Below, in pieces: positions 32,384-40,951 of a DNA stretch of 64,000 bases (position 1 is its first letter; each line of letters opens with the position of its first letter). The position numbers and the translations under genes were made by a program. The stretch spans positions 80,268 through 144,267 of IMG/VR virus record IMGVR_UViG_3300050821_001428; one strand, 5' to 3'. Under the pieces are notes generated by a model. The model had not been told where the DNA came from. It worked only from the letters and a program-made list of their open reading frames with translations, and searched no databases. The stretch is from a virus.

Positions 32384-32539
32384 AATTTCTTTCTTGTCGA
32401 TATATTACTGAACTTTTTACTATTTGTGGTTGTGAGCCACAGACTTTCCTAACTTTTATGTATAGGACTTATAGGATTTAGTAGGTCTGTATCGTAACTA
32501 ATAGTAAATAGCGATTTGATTTGAAAAGGAAAGATTGAT

Positions 32540-33331
32540 ATGGAAACTCATATTACACAGGCTGATCGGGCCGCAATGGTATCGTTTGGCGAATATCTTA
32601 TTCAGCATAATGGCCTGATTCATTATGCTGAAGAAAGACCAATGCAGTTGTGGTCCGAAGCTGAAGTTAAGACTAGATTTTCTAAAGGCGAGTCTATTAC
32701 TATGGACTGTTCTTGGGCAGTTACCGAAATCTGTTATGCCTGTGGGCTTTTAAGTCCTAGCGGCCCAGGTTTTGGATACGACGGGTATGGTAATACGCAA
32801 ACTATGCTAAACTATCTGCCTCATATCACCGATTGGAACGAAGTCCACGCCGGTACGATCATTATTTTCGGTGGTCCAATGAATCTGCAACATGCTGTTA
32901 TGGTTCTTGAACCCAACGGTGACAATCCAGTAGTTTTCTCCCACGGTACAGAGGCTGGACCAGTTCGTACAACTCTTGCATACGAGGCCACAGGGCATCG
33001 CGGACAGCCTATTATCCCGTTAGCAATCGCGGGACTAGGTACTACGCCCGTTGATACATATCATTATTTATGGTTTGATGATGCAAGAGTTCAATTAGCT
33101 AATGATACGAATAGTGAACGTGCAGTAGTTGAAAACTATGATATAGCTAGATTAAAACCCGTAAGTAATGTTCAGCAATTAAAAAAGATTAAAGAGAATC
33201 TAAATTATTTAATTGCTCGTATTGAGACTAATATGAAGACCTCACATGATCCCCATGGCAAGCTATATCATCGCGCTTGGAGATTAGCGCAGCTAAAGGA
33301 ACGCGCTGCGGGTCGTCAGGTGGTGTCATAA
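32540..33331 (+). CDS. NlpC/P60-like peptidoglycan hydrolase (candidate endolysin)
   Basis: HY.E.RP...MDCSWAV...GYGNTQT...GTIIIFG..QHAVMV..SHG Cys-His pattern. AAGGA RBS. Confidence 0.75.
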   Translation: METHITQADRAAMVSFGEYLIQHNGLIHYAEERPMQLWSEAEVKTRFSKGESITMDCSWAVTEICYACGLLSPSGPGFGYDGYGNTQTMLNYLPHITDWNEVHAGTIIIFGGPMNLQHAVMVLEPNGDNPVVFSHGTEAGPVRTTLAYEATGHRGQPIIPLAIAGLGTTPVDTYHYLWFDDARVQLANDTNSERAVVENYDIARLKPVSNVQQLKKIKENLNYLIARIETNMKTSHDPHGKLYHRAWRLAQLKERAAGRQVVS

Positions 33332-33337
33332 CATCTT

Positions 33338-34180
33338 ATGACTGAACCAATGCTAAAGACCGGAAAACGCCCCGCCCAGTATCACCCCGAGCTAACAAGA
33401 CTAGTTGATATTAAAACCTCAATTGGGCTAGCGACACCTATTTATAAATCCAGCTTTGGTTATGGAAATGATTTTCATAACGGTCCTACTGGGTGGAAGA
33501 TATTAGGCAACGGACCTCCCGATGATAATTCAATCCCTCAAGCGGATGCCGCTGCTTTACAAGGCGCGGGAGATTGCGCATGGGCTGGATCCGCGCATGA
33601 AACTATGCTATTATGCAAGAATGCACGCCGCCCAGTGCCCAAGTTCACTGGCCTAAATATTCTACAGCAGTATTCCGCATATTCGGGTTATGATTTGGTC
33701 ACGGGTGCTAATGATAATGGGTCTGATGTCGTAGAAGTTCTCAAATGGCGTCAGACTAAAGGTTTAGTAGACGCTAGCGGCGGTATCCACAAGATTGGAG
33801 TCTTTGTATCATTGGAAGTAGGTAATCTCACCGAATTATGGGAGGCGCTATACTACTTTGATACCGTAGGTTTGGGTATAAATTTCCCCGAGAGCGCTAT
33901 GACCCAGCTAAATCAAGGTCAGATATGGTCTGTCGTATCTGGCGCACAGATTGAAGGAGGACATTATATACCACTAGTCGGTCGCCCAACAGCAAATACA
34001 TGGACTTGTATAACATGGGGTCAGAGACAGATTATGACTGAACAATTTGTTACTACATATATGGATGAAGCATATTGTTATATAACTTTAGAGCGTTACA
34101 ATGCCGTAACCGGAGAGACACCTCAAGGCGTGAAGGATTACGATCTTGAGAAGTACCTGTATTCCCTACCAAAGCAGTGA
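33338..34180 (+). CDS. Papain-like (C1-type) cysteine peptidase
   Basis: GDCAWAG...DNG...GGHYI.LVG...ITWG...YMDEAY. Confidence 0.75.
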   Translation: MTEPMLKTGKRPAQYHPELTRLVDIKTSIGLATPIYKSSFGYGNDFHNGPTGWKILGNGPPDDNSIPQADAAALQGAGDCAWAGSAHETMLLCKNARRPVPKFTGLNILQQYSAYSGYDLVTGANDNGSDVVEVLKWRQTKGLVDASGGIHKIGVFVSLEVGNLTELWEALYYFDTVGLGINFPESAMTQLNQGQIWSVVSGAQIEGGHYIPLVGRPTANTWTCITWGQRQIMTEQFVTTYMDEAYCYITLERYNAVTGETPQGVKDYDLEKYLYSLPKQ

Positions 34181-34237
34181 TACCTTGTTACGAAGATTCA
34201 TGGTATACTAGGATAGATTGAGCATCACAAGAGCATT

Positions 34238-34265
34238 GAAAGCCTCCAAGAAATTGGAGGCTTTC
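34238..34265. terminator. Hairpin/terminator after the peptidase pair
   Basis: GAAAGCCTCCAA-GAAA-TTGGAGGCTTTC. Confidence 0.65.
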
Positions 34266-34281
34266 GTGTATACTGTGATGA

Positions 34282-35625
34282 GTGGAGCCATTATCATCCC
34301 AACCACCATCCTATATCACCAAGAAGATGCTACCGGGAGCGCTACCGGTAAAGAACCAGGCCGCCAAAATGGGAGTTGATCCGAGATCCGCGCAAGTTGG
34401 CCTTGCATCGGGTCGTTCGTTGCTACCGCCGTGGCCCCCCGGGTCGCCGGTGCAGAAGAATAACGTGACCTGGCAATGGGGGGACGAACTATCTGAGATA
34501 TCTCAGATAGTTACTAATATCAATCAAACCCTTGAAGAAACCGATAACATGAGTATCAGTGTTGCACAACTAAAGACATATATCAAGACGGATCTAAACG
34601 TCTTGATAGTTGGTCCCGCCGGGACAGGTAAGACCGCTATGCTTCAGGAAGCATGTGAGGGCCTTGGATTACGAATGAAATACTATCACGCAGCTACTTT
34701 GGACCCATTCGCAGACCTTATAGGAATCCCGGTGCCCGATCAGGAAACAAAGACCGTTGAGTATTATCGCCCACATGACGTGGATAACGCAGAGGTTATT
34801 TTCTGCGATGAGCTAAACCGCGCGTCTACGCAGACGACCAACGCTATCTTCGAAATGATTCAGTTCCGTTCAATTAACGGTGAGCCTCTACCTAAGCTGC
34901 GATGCGTAGTAGCTGCTATGAATCCAGTCGAGGATGCATACGATACCGACGAATTAGATATCGCTCTTCTAGACCGGTTCGATGTATATCTAAACGCCCC
35001 GGCGCAGGTTCATGCGGAATATTTTATCAAGAAGTATGGTCGGGATTACGCTAGGGTCGGTATTGAGATTTTCAATGAATATCAGGCTGATTATAATGCC
35101 CCGCAGCGTAGTAAGGATAACAAGCCAATAGGCTACTTTTCCCCACGTCGCTTGGATAAGTTAATGGATATTTTCCAGAAGTTTCCGACACCCCAGACGG
35201 TTAGTGTGGTGCTACCTCATAATGTCATCTTAAACAATAAGATGATAGCGAATAAATTCAATATTGCTCTTGGTAATCAACCCGCTCCTTCTCCTGAGAA
35301 ATCCAAGGAAGAAACCCACACAGAATTCTTGGATCAATATTACCAGAGCGATATTAGCTATAGACGTAATATCAAGCAAGCACCCAAATTGGTAGAGGCT
35401 TATAAGTGGGTAGTAGCTAAGAGAGATCAATCCATGGCTGCGAGTATCCGTGATCACCTTGCCGTCGATCTAAATCAGCAGGTTGGTGTTGATAAGATTG
35501 TTGGTAACTTTAAACTAATTATTCAGGATTTTGACGATAAACAACTGGAGATACTTATGAACAAGTGGAATTATACCAAGATGCGTAAGTTTAGTCAATC
35601 CTCTATGAATTGGTCGGGTTGGTAA
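34282..35625 (+). CDS. MoxR-like AAA+ ATPase
   Basis: Walker A GPAGTGKT, Walker B IFCDELNR, AAMNP, ALLDRF, SPRR. Alternative start at about 34549 (MSISV). Confidence 0.9.
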   Translation: MEPLSSQPPSYITKKMLPGALPVKNQAAKMGVDPRSAQVGLASGRSLLPPWPPGSPVQKNNVTWQWGDELSEISQIVTNINQTLEETDNMSISVAQLKTYIKTDLNVLIVGPAGTGKTAMLQEACEGLGLRMKYYHAATLDPFADLIGIPVPDQETKTVEYYRPHDVDNAEVIFCDELNRASTQTTNAIFEMIQFRSINGEPLPKLRCVVAAMNPVEDAYDTDELDIALLDRFDVYLNAPAQVHAEYFIKKYGRDYARVGIEIFNEYQADYNAPQRSKDNKPIGYFSPRRLDKLMDIFQKFPTPQTVSVVLPHNVILNNKMIANKFNIALGNQPAPSPEKSKEETHTEFLDQYYQSDISYRRNIKQAPKLVEAYKWVVAKRDQSMAASIRDHLAVDLNQQVGVDKIVGNFKLIIQDFDDKQLEILMNKWNYTKMRKFSQSSMNWSGW

Positions 35626-35635
35626 AGTAAAAATC

Positions 35636-36940
35636 ATGTTTGGATCCCCTGAACTTAAAAAGTACAGAGAAGCCATCAAAGAGTTACTATGGATTCACCC
35701 AGCGGTTGGATCAGTAGCACGATCAATGGGTGAACCTATTTTCACTCATGATGAACCGACGGCGTTTTTAGAGTTAGATGATAATAAAGAAATTCGCTTC
35801 AATTTTAATCCAGAATTTATTCTAGATACAGATATAGAAATAGTCTCTGCGGTGATTGCTCATGAGTCGTATCATTTGGTTCTTGATCATTTTCAGGAAT
35901 TGGTAGACAAGGTAATATTCCCCAATACCAAGACTCTAGTAATTGCTCAGGAGATTATCGTAAATGATACTATTGAAAATATCTATCATATGACTCTTCC
36001 CGACTTCGTTTATCGAGGTTTGCAAACTCTAGGCGAGGATTGTTCACAGTACACATCCAAGCAGGTATATGATAAGTTACTTGAAGATCAAGATGAGAAT
36101 CAAGATCAGAACGGCGGTCAAGGTAAGGACGAGCACGGATGCGGCGGACTTCATAATAGTGACGGAATATCAGATGAAGATGCTAAAACTGCCAAGGGTA
36201 TACAGGATGCGTTTAATGATCTCATTGATGATATTGCCAAATCAGAGGGTAAAACACCAGATGAGGTAAAAAACGATCTTCTAAATGACCACGGCGGAGG
36301 ATTTTCAATAGGTAATTTACAGGGAGATCGTGATGGTGCGCTTAGCCGCGAGCGGCTAAATTGGAAGCACCTGTTAGCCCAGATCAATCCTAAGATCATG
36401 GATTCAGGGTCACCTAAACGTCGTACGGAGAGCAATTGGATGAAGCCAAATCGTCGTATGGTTGCCATATATCCAAAGGTAATTGTACCTGTATCACAAC
36501 CAAAGGAGAAATCTTCTGACAACGATAATGGTGATATGATTCCTTCCTTCGTAATCGCCTTAGACCTATCAGGTAGTATTCCTCTGACATTAGTCGATAC
36601 GCTACAAGGGTTTCTAGAAGATATTCCAAGTGATCTGATTAATGCTTTCCCTTGCACTTGGAGTAGTCATTTAGTGCCATTTGACCCTGAGACTCGAAAA
36701 ATCTGTAGACGCGACGGAACGTCTATTAGCAGGGTATCTCGATATGTCAATGAGGTTAAATCTGAGACAGGGAGAGATCCATACGTCCTTGTAATTACGG
36801 ATGGTCAAATTTATGGAGATTTTACTAGGCCCGGAAAGCAATGGTACTGGATGGCTATCAATGCTAACTCTGTAAGTCAATGTCAGAAACATGCAGATAA
36901 ACCTGAATATGTGTATAATATTGAGGATTTCACAAATTAA
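35636..36940 (+). CDS. Metallopeptidase-like + VWA domain protein (MoxR partner)
   Basis: HESYH (HExxH) in the N-domain, acidic linker, DLSGS MIDAS and ITDG. Confidence 0.85.
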   Translation: MFGSPELKKYREAIKELLWIHPAVGSVARSMGEPIFTHDEPTAFLELDDNKEIRFNFNPEFILDTDIEIVSAVIAHESYHLVLDHFQELVDKVIFPNTKTLVIAQEIIVNDTIENIYHMTLPDFVYRGLQTLGEDCSQYTSKQVYDKLLEDQDENQDQNGGQGKDEHGCGGLHNSDGISDEDAKTAKGIQDAFNDLIDDIAKSEGKTPDEVKNDLLNDHGGGFSIGNLQGDRDGALSRERLNWKHLLAQINPKIMDSGSPKRRTESNWMKPNRRMVAIYPKVIVPVSQPKEKSSDNDNGDMIPSFVIALDLSGSIPLTLVDTLQGFLEDIPSDLINAFPCTWSSHLVPFDPETRKICRRDGTSISRVSRYVNEVKSETGRDPYVLVITDGQIYGDFTRPGKQWYWMAINANSVSQCQKHADKPEYVYNIEDFTN

Positions 36941-36956
36941 CAAGGAAAACTAATCA

Positions 36957-37133
36957 ATGATGCAAATTCTACCCAATTGGACCGTTACTTATAAGCAAAT
37001 CGATGGTGGTGAGGAACAATTAATTGTACCAAACGGCGATTTAGAAGCAATTGTACGTATCTTTAAATATAGTGGAATAAAATACTTTTTCGTTCATGAG
37101 CAGGAGCTAGATAATATTCGGTCTATTGTATGA
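36957..37133 (+). CDS. 58-aa hypothetical protein (not in ORF track)
   Basis: AAGGA RBS. MMQILPNWTVTYKQIDGGEEQLIV...RSIV*. ATGA overlap with the next gene. Confidence 0.55.
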   Translation: MMQILPNWTVTYKQIDGGEEQLIVPNGDLEAIVRIFKYSGIKYFFVHEQELDNIRSIV

Positions 37134-37441
37134 TGTATAGAAGGAAATTAAATAGTGTAAAGCGTAGAAAAAGACTAGTGACAATAGGTGAGCGTGACGG
37201 TTGGATTTGCCAACTGTGTCATGGCGAAGTAGACCGTCTAGATAGCGTAAATCATAAAAACAATGTCGGAGAGCATCGTGCTAGTCTGGATCACATCAAT
37301 CCATTATGCTTAGGTGGTAACGATGATAATAACAATGTACGTTTAGCACACCAAAGCTGTAATAATTATATAATCGGTGATAATGTGGAACCTTATCAAC
37401 CGTTTGATAAAACACCCCTATTTGGTATCGATCAAGAATGA
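37130..37441 (+). CDS. HNH endonuclease
   Basis: RDGWICQLC...SLDHINP..GG....NVRLAHQSCN. Confidence 0.85.
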   Translation: MMYRRKLNSVKRRKRLVTIGERDGWICQLCHGEVDRLDSVNHKNNVGEHRASLDHINPLCLGGNDDNNNVRLAHQSCNNYIIGDNVEPYQPFDKTPLFGIDQE

Positions 37442-37494
37442 CTTATGATTGATCATCATAAGATATTAGGTATCTTATAAAATTGCTCTACTTA

Positions 37495-37503
37495 TGCTAT
37501 AAT
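37495..37503 (+). promoter_or_regulatory. Extended -10 promoter, leaderless start of the HNH-Mom gene
   Basis: TGcTATAAT, 6 nt before the ATG at 37510. Confidence 0.75.
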
Positions 37504-37509
37504 GAATGA

Positions 37510-38958
37510 ATGCAGTTTTGTGCATATCATCAAATAGAGCATCTAGAAGGGGATTTCAACGCCACCCAACTCAAGCGCAAGAATAGTGCTTGGTGTCGCA
37601 AGGCTCTAGCTGAAAATAAACGCCTAAAGACCCATGGATTAGAGTCCAACTCTAAGGCCAAAGGAAAGGGCGGAAGACCCAATTGGTATACCCTTGAGGA
37701 TTTAGAGAAGATTCAAAAATGGCTTCAAGAGGGTAAATCTTATAGCTGGATCGGAAGGCAATATAACCCCGATAGACAAGCTGCGGTTATATCCAAATTG
37801 GCGCAAGAACAAGGATGGCAAAGCCAAGACGCCCTAAAACTTCAGACAAAGTTTGTTGAACCGGAAAGCAAGGTTTGCACCTGGTGTCATGAAGAAAAAC
37901 CCATTGAAAAGTTTCCTTTAAGATCAGATAGGGAAGATAATAATGGCATTTCTCGCTATGAAGCAAAATGTCATATTTGTCGTAGATTAGTAGTCCCAGA
38001 ACGACAAGCGTATAATCGTAATTATCATCAGATTAATGCAGATGCTATTCGCCAAAATAAACGCGATTATCGTAAACGTCATCCCGAGACTCATAGGAGA
38101 GCGAGTCATGTTAGGCGTGCTACTAAGAATGCCACCCGCGTAGAAGCCTACGATGAACGCCAAATATGGGAATCTTATGATGGATTATGCTATGTGTGTC
38201 AGAAGTCCGTAGATTTCAATAAGCGTGGACACGAAGGCGATTCTTTTACATTAGAACATATTGTTCCTATAAAAAAGAAAGGGCCAACTTCATATAATAA
38301 TTTAGCCGTATCACACAAACGTTGTAATTCTAGTAAGAAACGTTTGATAGTTCCTGATGTATTCGCTGAGGACAATTATTCGGTAAAAGAAATGATAGAT
38401 AAATCCGAAGCATATCGTCTATCTTTAGAAAAACATTATCTACATCGGAAACGATCATTTAGTTATGTATATGGGTTGTATAGGCATGATCAATTGATGG
38501 GATTTGTGGGATTTAGTTCGCCAACTTCGAATCGTATCTCGAAATCAGTATGCCCTGATGATACGCGCCTAGTCATTGAATTAAGTCGTTTATGGATAGA
38601 TCCTCAAGCTGCCGTTAATGCTGGATCGTGGCTAATATCTCGGGCATTAAAAATGCTCCCTCCGTATATTGTAATTTCATATGCAGATTCGGCTATCCAA
38701 GATACTAGACATACTAAACCACGCAATCATAATGGCCTGGTTTACCAGGCAACTAATTTCTATTTTGCTGGTAAAACCAAACCCTCGCATGAATACGTTG
38801 CTAATAATAGTAGATCGGTAACTAAGGATACACCTGGTGCTATCAAGCAAGAAGTATCCTCTAAATATCGCTACTGGACTTTGACCGGTAGCAAAAGAGA
38901 TAAAAAGAATCTTTTCCGATTATGTAATTGGCCTATACTGGACCCGAAAGATTCCTAA
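37510..38958 (+). CDS. HTH/Zn-finger + HNH endonuclease fused to a Mom-like (GNAT-fold) DNA-modification domain
   Basis: HNH part: CTWC/CHIC, CYVC..LEHIVP..GPTSYNNLAVSHKRCN. Mom-like part: KHYLHR..YGLY..GFVGFSSP..IELSRLW..NAGSWLISRALK..ISYAD..HNGLVYQATNF. Confidence 0.8.
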   Translation: MQFCAYHQIEHLEGDFNATQLKRKNSAWCRKALAENKRLKTHGLESNSKAKGKGGRPNWYTLEDLEKIQKWLQEGKSYSWIGRQYNPDRQAAVISKLAQEQGWQSQDALKLQTKFVEPESKVCTWCHEEKPIEKFPLRSDREDNNGISRYEAKCHICRRLVVPERQAYNRNYHQINADAIRQNKRDYRKRHPETHRRASHVRRATKNATRVEAYDERQIWESYDGLCYVCQKSVDFNKRGHEGDSFTLEHIVPIKKKGPTSYNNLAVSHKRCNSSKKRLIVPDVFAEDNYSVKEMIDKSEAYRLSLEKHYLHRKRSFSYVYGLYRHDQLMGFVGFSSPTSNRISKSVCPDDTRLVIELSRLWIDPQAAVNAGSWLISRALKMLPPYIVISYADSAIQDTRHTKPRNHNGLVYQATNFYFAGKTKPSHEYVANNSRSVTKDTPGAIKQEVSSKYRYWTLTGSKRDKKNLFRLCNWPILDPKDS

Positions 38959-38961
38959 AGA

Positions 38962-38989
38962 AAAAGGGCACCCAATTGGGTGCCCTTTT
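38962..38989. terminator. Bidirectional terminator between HNH-Mom (+) and capsid (-)
   Basis: AAAAGGGCACCC-AATT-GGGTGCCCTTTT. Confidence 0.85.
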
Positions 38990-39011
38990 CATTACTATGA
39001 TAGCTTTTAGA

Positions 39012-40100
39012 TTATAGCTGCCACTGAACAGGAGCACCTGTGGATAGACCACCGATGTCTAGCTTGCTCGGAGCCGCTGTCGAATCACTCTTTAGAACTC
39101 TTGCGATACCACGGGGGTTCAATACAAGCATTCCGATAAGTTCATCGAGTACCCATCCCTTGTAGAACTGCTCTACAAGGTGATTCTCTTCAACGTCTAG
39201 CGAGTACATGACTGGCATAACGCCGACGAACTCTGGCTCTGCGGTTAGGAAGACCTCGCCCTGAGGAACGATGATCGAACGTTGAATCTGGAACTCACCG
39301 AACGATGTGATCTTACCACCTGCAAACACCTCATCCTTGAACTTGAAGCCTGTAACATTCAGATCCCATGTGTAAAGGTCACGAATATCAACCGGGTGTG
39401 CTAGCACGCGGCGAGCCTCAAGCTGGTTGATTTCGATCTGCGATACAGCGGAGTAGAAGTCCGATGGCTCTAGTGGGTTACCTGCGCCTAGAAGAACGGT
39501 ATGCTCATTAGGAGCAACCGATGGACCGGCTGCGATACCAGAAGCAATACCACCCGTAGGTGCTAGACCAACTGTGCTACCCGACTGCAATGTCGAGCCA
39601 AGATTCACAATCGCCTGCTCTAGAAGAAGAATTAGACGAGCGTCCTCCTGCTTCTGAATTGCCTGACGAGTTTCATCCTGAGCATACTCAACCGCATTTA
39701 CACGTAGGAAGTAAAGGTCTTCCTTACGAATACGTGGGAAGGATGCGATACGGAATAGCTGTGGGAAAGCCTGCTTGCCTTCGAATGGAGTGATCTTGAC
39801 TTCAGCGTCAGTGCTGTTAAGCACGTAAGCTTGACCAAGGTCATCCAGAATATCATAAGGCATAAGTGGGCCACGCTCTAGAGTATCTTCCACAAGGACA
39901 TTACGTACAATACCCTCATAACGAAGACGGATCTGGATAGGACCAATCATTCCCTGACCAATTCGACGTAGAGCATTCTGCTTGTCGGCTAGAATAGCTT
40001 CCAAACGTGCTGACTTCTGCGTCTTGGAAAGCTTCGGAGAACCCGATAGCTTCATTTCATAATCTGCGGAACTAACCGCTTGTCTTGTAAATTCTGACAT
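39012..40100 (-). CDS. Major capsid protein (HK97 fold, Bxz1-like)
   Basis: 362 aa. LRRIGQGMIGPIQIRLRYEGIVRNVLVED...FRIASFPRIRKEDL...KQED...FGEFQIQRSIIVP...GWVLDELIGMLVLNPRG. AAGGA RBS and downstream terminator. Confidence 0.92.
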   Translation of the reverse strand: MSEFTRQAVSSADYEMKLSGSPKLSKTQKSARLEAILADKQNALRRIGQGMIGPIQIRLRYEGIVRNVLVEDTLERGPLMPYDILDDLGQAYVLNSTDAEVKITPFEGKQAFPQLFRIASFPRIRKEDLYFLRVNAVEYAQDETRQAIQKQEDARLILLLEQAIVNLGSTLQSGSTVGLAPTGGIASGIAAGPSVAPNEHTVLLGAGNPLEPSDFYSAVSQIEINQLEARRVLAHPVDIRDLYTWDLNVTGFKFKDEVFAGGKITSFGEFQIQRSIIVPQGEVFLTAEPEFVGVMPVMYSLDVEENHLVEQFYKGWVLDELIGMLVLNPRGIARVLKSDSTAAPSKLDIGGLSTGAPVQWQL

Positions 40101-40113
40101 AGTTATTATTTCC

Positions 40114-40713
40114 TTAGATCACTAGCTGGATTGTTAGAGCAGCATTGCTTTTACGTTCAATAACTCTTGCTACTGGAACGGAGCTAGTTGCTGCGGTACC
40201 GCCATCCGTGGTTAGAAGGCTTAGACGGCCATCTGTACCCGCGTAAAGTAGAACCTGCGAACCTGCACCCGCCGCTGCAATCTTCGCTGCTAGACCGGCA
40301 TCATTCCAAGCTGGAGCCAAAAGGTCATAGACTGAATCCGGACCCATCCATACGGAGATTTGATTATTCTGGCCTAGACCATCGAACGTTCCGCCGATCC
40401 ACTGACCTAGTAGACCCCAAGGCTGTACGCCTGCGGCACCGTTAGCTACTACTGCATTTGAGTTTTGATTCTTAACCATAACAGTTCCGGGAACAATGGA
40501 ACCATCATAAGTAAATGCGTTGGCGCTACGACTTAGCGGAGTCGTGTCGGTGCTAACAGGGACACGAATCGAGCCATCCGAATTTCTCAAAGACGGATCA
40601 AGGTAGGCCGCATAAGGGAAACCTTGTGTCTGTGCATAAGCAGGTCTAATTAGACGCTTTTGAGCCGTGATCGAGATATTGGTAGCTGCACCGGGTGAGT
40701 ATATGGTCTGCAT
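40114..40713 (-). CDS. Capsid decoration/minor capsid protein
   Basis: 199 aa, immediately upstream of the MCP. KRLIRPAYAQTQ...IVPGTVM...GTFD...VWMGPD. Confidence 0.75.
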   Translation of the reverse strand: MQTIYSPGAATNISITAQKRLIRPAYAQTQGFPYAAYLDPSLRNSDGSIRVPVSTDTTPLSRSANAFTYDGSIVPGTVMVKNQNSNAVVANGAAGVQPWGLLGQWIGGTFDGLGQNNQISVWMGPDSVYDLLAPAWNDAGLAAKIAAAGAGSQVLLYAGTDGRLSLLTTDGGTAATSSVPVARVIERKSNAALTIQLVI

Positions 40714-40870
40714 ATTTGTATATCAACCTTTGGTGTATTGTGCTCAAAAGCCCTAATCTACAGGGATTTTGAAACCATTTCAATTATTGTTTAGAGGGAG
40801 AAATATCAAAAAATAGTATGAGTAAGAAAAATTATAAGATATTCTTGGGGATTATGATAGTAATCAAAAC

Positions 40871-40910
40871 ACAAAGGGTCAGTGTAGAGAAATCTACACT
40901 GACCCTTTGT
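40871..40910. terminator. 18-bp perfect hairpin downstream of the protease/scaffold gene
   Basis: ACAAAGGGTCAGTGTAGA-GAAA-TCTACACTGACCCTTTGT. Confidence 0.75.
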
Positions 40911-40951
40911 AAGATATTCACGGCTCAATTACCAAATTACCGTATGATTAC

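Noticed and set aside
34290-34500. GC-rich stretch as a structured ncRNA or riboswitch
   Set aside because: No recognisable RNA family. It is in frame with the ATPase and follows a -10 box at leaderless spacing, so a coding extension is equally plausible.
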